A stretch of DNA of 64,000 bases, taken from assembly GCA_030248215.1 (NCBI GenBank), contig JASANG010001013.1, positions 62,001 through 126,000 on the forward strand. The letters are read 5' to 3'. The stretch comes from Enoplolaimus lenunculus (lineage: Eukaryota). The notes beneath the pieces were generated by a model. The model did no database searches, was not told where the DNA came from, and was given only the letters and a program-made list of their open reading frames with translations. Positions 56,473 to 64,000 of this stretch are shown piece after piece (within the stretch, counting starts at the first letter, position 1; each line of letters opens with the position of its first letter). A program made the position numbers and the translations under genes.

Positions 56473-57966
56473 GGGGATATGTGTGGTAATGTAGCATTGT
56501 AACACAGTGTCGTGACAGTAACGTTAGTTTCGAGTCACACCCCCATACGATAGTGCTTGCACTGTAGTTGAATTTTTAACTGAGTGTAATGTAATATTAA
56601 TGTAATTTGGCTGTAGAAAAGTTGAGACAAATTTCTGATTATGTGTTAAATTCAACGCAAAATGTAACAATTGAACTAATTTAAGCGACTCGTTTTTGTC
56701 GATGAAGTAGTGCAATTGCAATTACCTTTGTGACAAAATTTAATTAATATGCAATGTATAGTAATTTTTAGAAGTGGAACGATATTATTGCACTGTGGGT
56801 ACACAACACAACTTAGTCTTGTTTTGTTTATATTTTAAGTATCGATTGTCTGTGATAACGGTGAAGGAACGGATTTGGTGGAAATAATTAGGTTAGTAGT
56901 AATTTGTTATAGTGCACTGTCAATATGTATATATGTATATTACATATGTTCATGTCGGGTCCTGAATATCTTAGGCAAAGTCAAGGGTTCAGGAATGCGT
57001 TTTCAGAAACCTAAGCGTGGACTTAAATCAGTGCGAGGAAGTTTTCCAGAACCAGTTCTTTATTAGCTATTTGACTATATACCAGGGTGTGCAGAATCGC
57101 ACGTTTCAATGTCGATGGGCGCGGGGGGTAGGCCTTTTGGGGGGTGGCCTGAGAGTCCGGGTGTAATCGGAATTACGATTCGAAACGAGTTCCGATTCCG
57201 ATTGCACAATCAATCGGGTTCGGAATTTTGAAATTTTAAATTTTTTTCTTACTTTTTGTCATATGGTGCATAAGAATTTTGTTCCAATAATTGATTATAG
57301 CGTAGGTCTACAGAACCAAAAATCATCGCCAATTTGTTCATGCGACCGTTTGAAAATTGTTGCCAGTCAACAGACACTCTAAATCAACATGATATTTGTC
57401 AATACAAATTATCCGTAGTCACAAAATGTCTAGTTCCCATTTTTGATTACAATTCCGGAATAAATTTGCTGTTCCGATTCCGGTATGATGCAGTTCCGCT
57501 TTGCATCCTGTTGAGGGCTTCCTTGCGTAGTTGTTCAGGGTACGACATAAAACATTATTATTATTGTTTTTCATAAAAAACCTAAAAATGCTCATATTTT
57601 AATAAGTTATGGTCGAATTATCTTTATTGGAAGGGTGGTGCTATATCTTTTATTAGCCAGTGTGTTAGTTTGAGGGTAGTAACAGTTGTATAAGCACATT
57701 CCTAAACCTAAGCAAAAATTAGTCCGAAGCTTTACATGTACTCTATTGCAGTCCTGCAGAAAACAATACGATGCTTAATAATGTAATATTGGACCTTTTT
57801 GTTATAAGTTAGTTTATGCAAAAATTTCATAGCGCCACTCTTAATGTTTGATGTATAGATGGTTATATGTTTGAGATTGATCGCTTATGTATTGTGTTGT
57901 GCATGTCTTGAAACGTCTGAAACTTATTTTGAATCATTTGGATTTACTTATTTTTATTTAGTTTAC

Positions 57967-58237
57967 GCCCTATTCACACGTGCAAGTATTTGCTGCGAGA
58001 ACTTGCAGCTGCAACGTGCACTTTCAAGTTTTGTCCAAAATCCCGTTCGACGAACTTGCCGCTGCAAATAATTCATAAATATCAAAGCTAGGAATTTAGC
58101 TCACATGAGTGAATAACCATGCAAGTTCACTGAATTTACCGCAGCCGCTTTCTCATTGGTTGATAAAAATGCAAGGTCTGTGTGCAATTTTGCAGCTGCA
58201 AGTTCACGCAGCAAAAACTTGCACGTGTGAATAGGTC
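57967..58237. mobile_element. MITE with TIR CCTATTCACACGTGCAAGT and TGCAGCTGCA subrepeats
   Basis: Inverted ends CCTATTCACACGTGCAAGT / ACTTGCACGTGTGAATAGG. Relatives lie at about 19616-19889 and 19912-20060. Confidence 0.75.
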
Positions 58238-59319
58238 TCTATTTATTTGTTGTATAACTGTGTTGTTTGATTGGTTAGGTTTGTTCAAATTGTAAGACTT
58301 ATACTCAAAAGTGAGAAAATTTGTTCATTTTCAAAAGTTGTGCCAATACTTTGCAGAATAAGAGCGACACAGACTGAGTTTACACTTAGGCTTAAACTGG
58401 TGGGTGAAGATTTGCTTCGTGCGAGCTTTCAGTTTAAAAGTAAAATTAAAATTTTTATATTTTAATATATATTTTTATTTAAAATGCCTCGTTTGTATTT
58501 TAACTCTTTGGCTGTTAGAAGTTTTTTCATTCTTTGGCGTAATTGGTTTAATGTTTGGGGCAAGATGTTGACTGAGACTCTGTTTCTAGATGTTAAACTT
58601 TGTTTTACTGATGTTCATTGTATCGTAATTGTATATAGTTATTTTTCGAATATTTGACTGCGGAAAACTTACTTTGTTGTGACGCAACCTGATATAATAA
58701 TTAATTATGCCATTGTATGTGATGTTATTGTGATACTGTATCATAACTTGAGTTTGTCGTCGGAGCTCTATTGTGAGTTCGGATGTCAGACATGGATACT
58801 TTGAGTAAAAATTATGTTTGTGAAGTTTGTTCGAGATGTTAAGGTGTAACCGGACCCTCGGACAACTTGCATGAAATTTATTAAATCCAAAAAAGATAAC
58901 GGAAATTGCAATCGACTGAAATGTTTAGGAGCAAGTCAGCTCTGCTCGACTGAAACAATATTAGGAAAGGGTTGGGTTCAATTAACATGGGATGAATTTG
59001 GTGAGTATCCGAGTATCGTACCCTCTGGAAAGGCACAGTAATTATCGGCCGCCTCTTTATTCGGATTACAACATACATTGTGCATTACTTCCTTATACAC
59101 ACATTGCTTTGAGTTGTTCATAACTGTTGGGAAAGGGTTATAGCTTTCGATTGTACATGTCAGATATGCTGCAATTGTTTGATATGAAATAAAAATTACG
59201 AAATACATTCAAAGCTCTGAAAACTCGCTCGTTTAGTATTTTTCTTTCCATTGTAGAAAGCCGGTGGATTTTTGTACACCACAAATAGATTCGCTAAAAA
59301 ATACCATGTTTAAAACATT

Positions 59320-59487
59320 TGCCTATATAAAGAGCAGGGACAAAATGTTTTTCTGTGAGTCTGGAATAGAGTACTAAGCTTTCGACTAATTTTTTGCGTA
59401 GGCTTAATAGGTATAAGCTCATTCTTATGCTTAATAGGCTTAGAAATATGCTTGTACTACTCTTCGCCCCTGTTCTATACATTGGCC
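59320..59487 (-). mobile_element. Merlin-like MITE, subfamily A
   Basis: Both TIRs are recognisable; TSD AAAACATT/GAAACATT (7/8). Confidence 0.78.
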
Positions 59488-59893
59488 GAAACATTTGTAC
59501 TGTTGAATGTTGAAATGCTATTGGGGCATGCATGGAGGGCTGAAACTCAAGGTTTAATTTGATTTGGGAATCTGGTTCACCCGGTCAGTTATAACATCTG
59601 ACTCAGTTTAATTTTGAAACATATTCTAACAATAAAAAACCAAAATTTGACCTACAGACAAGGGTTCTACTTGGATCCGAGGTCGGCTCTATAATTTGCC
59701 GAAAGTGGATGAAAATCTTGCTGCGAATTGGTTAATTTCGTATAAAACAATTCGAAAATTAGAAAGGAGTTAATTGTGCGTTGCATGTTTCGGCAAAATT
59801 TGTTGGTCGTCCATCTACGGTTCTTAACTTCCAATTGCACAATACTGCCAAGATAATCTAGCTTTACATATATTGGAAGTGTATATTTAAAAC

Positions 59894-60073
59894 GGCCAAT
59901 GTATAGAACAGGGCCGGAACAGTAGTATAAGCATATTCCTAAACCTAAAGCGTAAGAATAGCATATACATAAGCCTAAAGCGTAAGCCTAAGCAAAAAAA
60001 ATAGTCTAAAGGTTAAGCTTACTCTATTACAGTCCCGCCGGAAAACGTTTTGACCCTGTTCTTTATATGGGCG
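59894..60073 (+). mobile_element. Merlin-like MITE, subfamily A
   Basis: GGCCAATGTATAGAACAGGGCCGGAAC ... CCCTGTTCTTTATATGGGCG with a perfect 8-bp TSD, TTTAAAAC. Confidence 0.88.
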
Positions 60074-62580
60074 TTTAAAACTGTGCATATATTCAAGCTC
60101 AAATTGCAATCCAACAAAGAAAAATCATTTATTGTTTAAGCAATAATCGCATTTTGCATATACCCAAAGTTTATCCTTTCAAGAATATTAGACATAAATA
60201 TATATTTAAACAGCAAAAATATACCTACATATCTATGTTCCTTAATACAAACTTAACGCAATGATTTTTGAAGCTTAAAACCTGGTTTTGCCTCTTTAAA
60301 GAATAAGCAACGTCACTACTGAACTGCCAAAAGTTGCGGCAAAAATTTAATACCGCAGCTACAGCGTTTTCAATTTTATTAAAAAATTTCAATCCGTAAA
60401 ATGGTTAAAATTGTTTATTTTCAGTTAATATGCTAATTAGGGCCCCGTATTCTCAAATGTGTATAATGTAGCTTCTATCAACAGTTGGTGATAGGTCTTG
60501 TATAACTTTCGAACCAACGCATGGTGAGGTTCGAAATTCAGCACATTTCTCGCATTTTGCTTTGTCCTACATCTGTACTAATTTTGAGGTTACACAATTT
60601 CGTAAATTCGTCAATTTCAAAAACCGCAGCTAACTGAATCGCTAAGTGTTCGCGTTTGAGAATACGGGTGTCGTTCTGGATATCAAACCGTAAACGTTTT
60701 TTTTATTTTACAATTTTAGAAAATTTTCAAAAGTTTTCAATTAAAAAACGATTTTGTAAAAGTCAAAATGTTCCGCTGATGAGAAAAATAAAGGAATTTC
60801 CTAAATTTTCGCAGAATGAACAACAGTTACATTAAAAGCAATAATTTGTAGATATTTTACAAAATTAAATACTAATTTCAACAGCAATGCCACGCTTCTA
60901 GGAAAACAAGCAATATTGTTTTTAAGAAGTGGTAATTTTTTGGTATATGGAGCTCTAAACCTTGCATAAATTACAGTTGCTCAGTGATTAGAGAACCGGA
61001 CCAGTAATCCGTATGTCTTGGGATCGAGCCACATCCGAAGCAAAATTTTCGTGAATGACCCGATTACTCTACTGTGGTTAAACTTAGAAGAACAAGCTTA
61101 GGAATATACCTATATAATTTAAAACCAATGCGTACACTGCTTTTTTGCTTATGCTTAGGCTTAGACTTTAAGGAAAATACTTATACTACTGTTACAGCCC
61201 TGTTCTATACATTGGTCATTTATGAAAACAGATCAACTTTTTTATAGATTTATATTTGCTTTCGTATCCGCCGACAAACGGACTTTACACGAAATCCTTT
61301 TTAAGCCTTTCGCTCTTACCAATGTATAATAGCCATGAAAAAATTAATAATTGCTGCAGTACGACTGTTCACTAAACCACATCTTCATAGTTTTTAATAT
61401 TTTAAAATTTCGGAATAACTTTTAGGCGTAGGATTAGGTTTAAGTTTAGAGTTTGGCTTAGGGTTAGCTTGCGAAAGTAGAAAAGACTACAAATGCCCAC
61501 GAGAAATTTTGACAGGTTCGTAATACGTTGTTTTGTAACTATTTCATATTTCAGACTCAATTAAACGTAAATGGGGCAATGTAGATTGAACATATAAATT
61601 TACATTCATATACTTTTCAAAGCATACAGCGGCATAATTTCTCAATCATCTATAAACAGTGGCGAATACAGGACAAGGCGTTATTTTCGAAAATTCCTGG
61701 AAAGCGAAAAACTTTGCGATTTGCTATTTTAAGAATTAAAATGTCAAAATTAATGTCAAAACTATTTTTAACTTTTGTGAAATTTATATTTACTCAAAAT
61801 GTAGATTAGGCTGCGCTCCTGGTGAGCAAGTATATAATATCATCGTTTGGAAGTTTAATTTTTTTAGAACATTACCCAAGAGTCGATTAGATTTAGGCTT
61901 GCGTTTAATCTTAATACATTTGGCCATGTCTGCAGTGTAGCGAAATTGTTAAACTTGCATTTCGATATATTTTAACGACTGATGAATACTGCTAAACAGT
62001 GATACAAAATATAGAACGTGAACCAGCAAACGGCGTATATTCTCAAATGTATGTAGCACCTATTTCCAAGTTTTTCTTCTAACCAACTGAAGCTCCAGAC
62101 AATTGAAAATGGGTTTCTTTTAACCTGACCAGAACCTATTGTCAGAACCTGTCAGTTTTAGTAGCGTCATAAAATACCTTTATTGAAGCTCTATCGCTGA
62201 TTGGTGATAAATGCTACACACATTTGCGAATACAGGCCAACATGTGAAAATATTAATGAAAATTTTAAAAGCAACAAACGAAATAAACCAATACCCGAAT
62301 AACGAACCGGATTCTATATCGCACCAACGGGTAAGAAAAACCAAATCAGTTAGTAGAAATTATGTTGTCTCCTGAACGCCCAATTGTCCCAGTTGGAAAC
62401 AGCGCCGCTTCGATGTTCAGTGTTTTTAGCCGACAACTACAACAAAATCGACGCAAAATCATGAAACGCCCCCACTCCCTTTAATTGTGGGCTTGATTTA
62501 TGACGGTGCAATTGAGAGCTAGGACAATAGTTGTTCAGGACACGACATATAATTTATATTTATGTATATAAGCATATATA

Positions 62581-63022
62581 CTGTAGTGACCCGAATAAGA
62601 GGGGGTGACTGATATTTACTTGGCCTCTCCAGAAAGTACCCCCTTGTTATTCGTTATGGACTGTTATTTATTTTCAACCTGCCCTCCGCCACATTCATTA
62701 CTGATATATATCCGATATTGCAAACATCCGACGAATTAAATGGTGATATGTCTTGTATCAAAACTTGAGCGATAATGCAAAGTTATAATTTGGAATGGTA
62801 CTTTCAAAAGTTAAGTACGCTTTAAAGTTACGAACACAACTTTATTTGGTCCTGGAGTTATGTATACACTACAATTAGGTACAGTTAACATTTATGGACT
62901 CTAATTAGGATTTGGGGACTCTATCCGCGTACGAACTCGTATTAGGGATGCGGACTCTTGTTGATTACGACTCAAAATGAGGACCCTCTCTTATTACCCC
63001 TCTCTTATCCGGGTCACTACAG
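62581..63022. mobile_element. TA-flanked MITE with TIR CTGTAGTGACCCGAATAAG
   Basis: TA|CTGTAGTGACCCGAATAAGAG...CTCTTATCCGGGTCACTACAG|TA, collinear with 27500-27928. Confidence 0.88.
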
Positions 63023-63429
63023 TATACATATTAACGAGCAACGCCACACTGCAAAACAAGCTGAAAGTCATGAAAAAACAGTTAAAGCATGCAACGCTTT
63101 TCCGATTTGTGTGCACACAAAACATTAAGTACTGCACTTTATTGAATGCAGTTGATTAAACCGGCTGTGTAGCTGAGTGGATAAAACACAAATTTTTACT
63201 GCAGAAACTTTCAAATCACTTGTTTCCACTGTTGAATTACCAAGTTGACTTGACATATATTTTGCTTTATCTGCTATTATTCATTTCTGAAATGTCATAC
63301 CTGTCCGAAATGAAATCCAGTCAGGGATCAACGATGCTTGCAGATTTAATACTCTAAAATCTGAATAGTTATTGGATCGAAAATATCGCATGTTTCCTGT
63401 TCCGGAGTAAGTTAGTACTTAGATCCTTA

Positions 63430-63648
63430 GGACCGCATTCTCAAATGTGTGTAGCAGCTATCTCCAATTGGTGATAGGTGTTGTAACTTTCGAACCAGTG
63501 AAAGCTGAGACTCAAAATTTAGCACATTTTTTGGCATATGAGTTGGTCTAATTTTGTACCAATTTTGAATTGATCTACTGTAATAGAGAGTTAGAAAACC
63601 TGTTACCGACTGATAATAGGTGCTATACACATTTGAGAATATGGGCGC
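63430..63648. mobile_element. MITE family with TIR core ATTCTCAAATGTGTGTAGCA(C/G)CTAT
   Basis: Inverted ends CATTCTCAAATGTGTGTAGCAGCTAT / ATAGGTGCTATACACATTTGAGAATA. Relatives lie at about 22815-23025, 54515-54738, 60440-60670 and 62030-62237. Confidence 0.78.
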
Positions 63649-63807
63649 TAGTTACATCCGGTTAGTAACATTTAGGCAGGATAGTGCCAACTATCAACAG
63701 CGTTCGCCATTACTGATGGCTCAGCGGCCAGTCTTTACCTTTATGATTTTTGTCTAGAGGTTTAAGAATCTTTCAGTCAACAACACAAAAACGTTCTTCA
63801 AGATTTT

Positions 63808-64000
63808 GGCCCATGTAAAGATCAGGGGCGGAACTTTTTTCTGTTGGACTAGAAAAGAGTACGCTTAAGCTTAAGACTAATTTTTTTTGCTTCGCTTAGG
63901 CTTAGGCTTAGGCTTAGGCTTAGGATTGCGCCCATTCTTACGCTTAGGCTTATGCTTAGGCTTAGGCTTAGGCTTAGGCTTAGGAATATGCTCATTCTTA
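63808..64000 (-). mobile_element. Merlin-like MITE, subfamily A, with (TTAGGC)n tracts; runs off the window
   Basis: GGCCCATGTAAAGATCAGGGGCGGAAC followed by TTAGGC runs and GGAATATGCTCATTCTTA. Confidence 0.85.

Noticed and set aside
58750..59208. Cys-containing 76-aa minus ORF, or a plus-strand exon
   Set aside because: No recognisable domain or splice partners. Plus-strand pieces (CQTWI, CSRC, WDEFGE) faintly suggest a decayed RTE LINE, but too weakly to call.
63890..64000. TTAGGC runs at the window end as a true telomere
   Set aside because: They are short, interrupted, and follow a MITE TIR with the family's spacer motifs.

Overview
Eukaryotic, AT-rich, intron-rich genomic DNA, most likely from a nematode. 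The evidence is TTAGGC telomere-type hexamers, a nematode-type long C-terminus on NDUFA13 and a Kunitz/Lustrin-repeat protein; I cannot name the species. Manual GT-AG splicing gives four protein-coding genes with consistent intron phases. (1) NDUFA13/GRIM-19 (-, 5 exons, 207-3981). (2) DEF8, head-to-head with NDUFA13 (+, 13 exons, 5372-13486). (3) A secreted Kunitz/Lustrin-type Cys-repeat protein (-, 11 exons found, 20070-31911, last exon unresolved). (4) A complete bifunctional membrane-anchored PAM, PHM+PAL (+, 22 exons, 37748-54166). Introns and intergenic DNA are packed with non-autonomous elements: Merlin-like MITEs carrying telomeric repeats, Harbinger-, hAT-, Tc1/mariner- and piggyBac-type MITEs, Helentron-associated (DINE-1/HINE-like) elements and tRNA-derived repeats. 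There are also two tandem arrays, of 49 bp and 35 bp. The most interesting observations are four. PAM has a 367-codon in-frame-skippable linker exon with twin furin sites and a Gly/Gln/Tyr-rich domain. A telomere-repeat-carrying MITE family has one copy that grew into a 2.75 kb satellite. Closed RNA stem structures end 8-10 nt before several 3' splice junctions. DEF8 has an NPF-motif C-terminal extension. All structures and alignments were read by eye; nothing was computed or searched.
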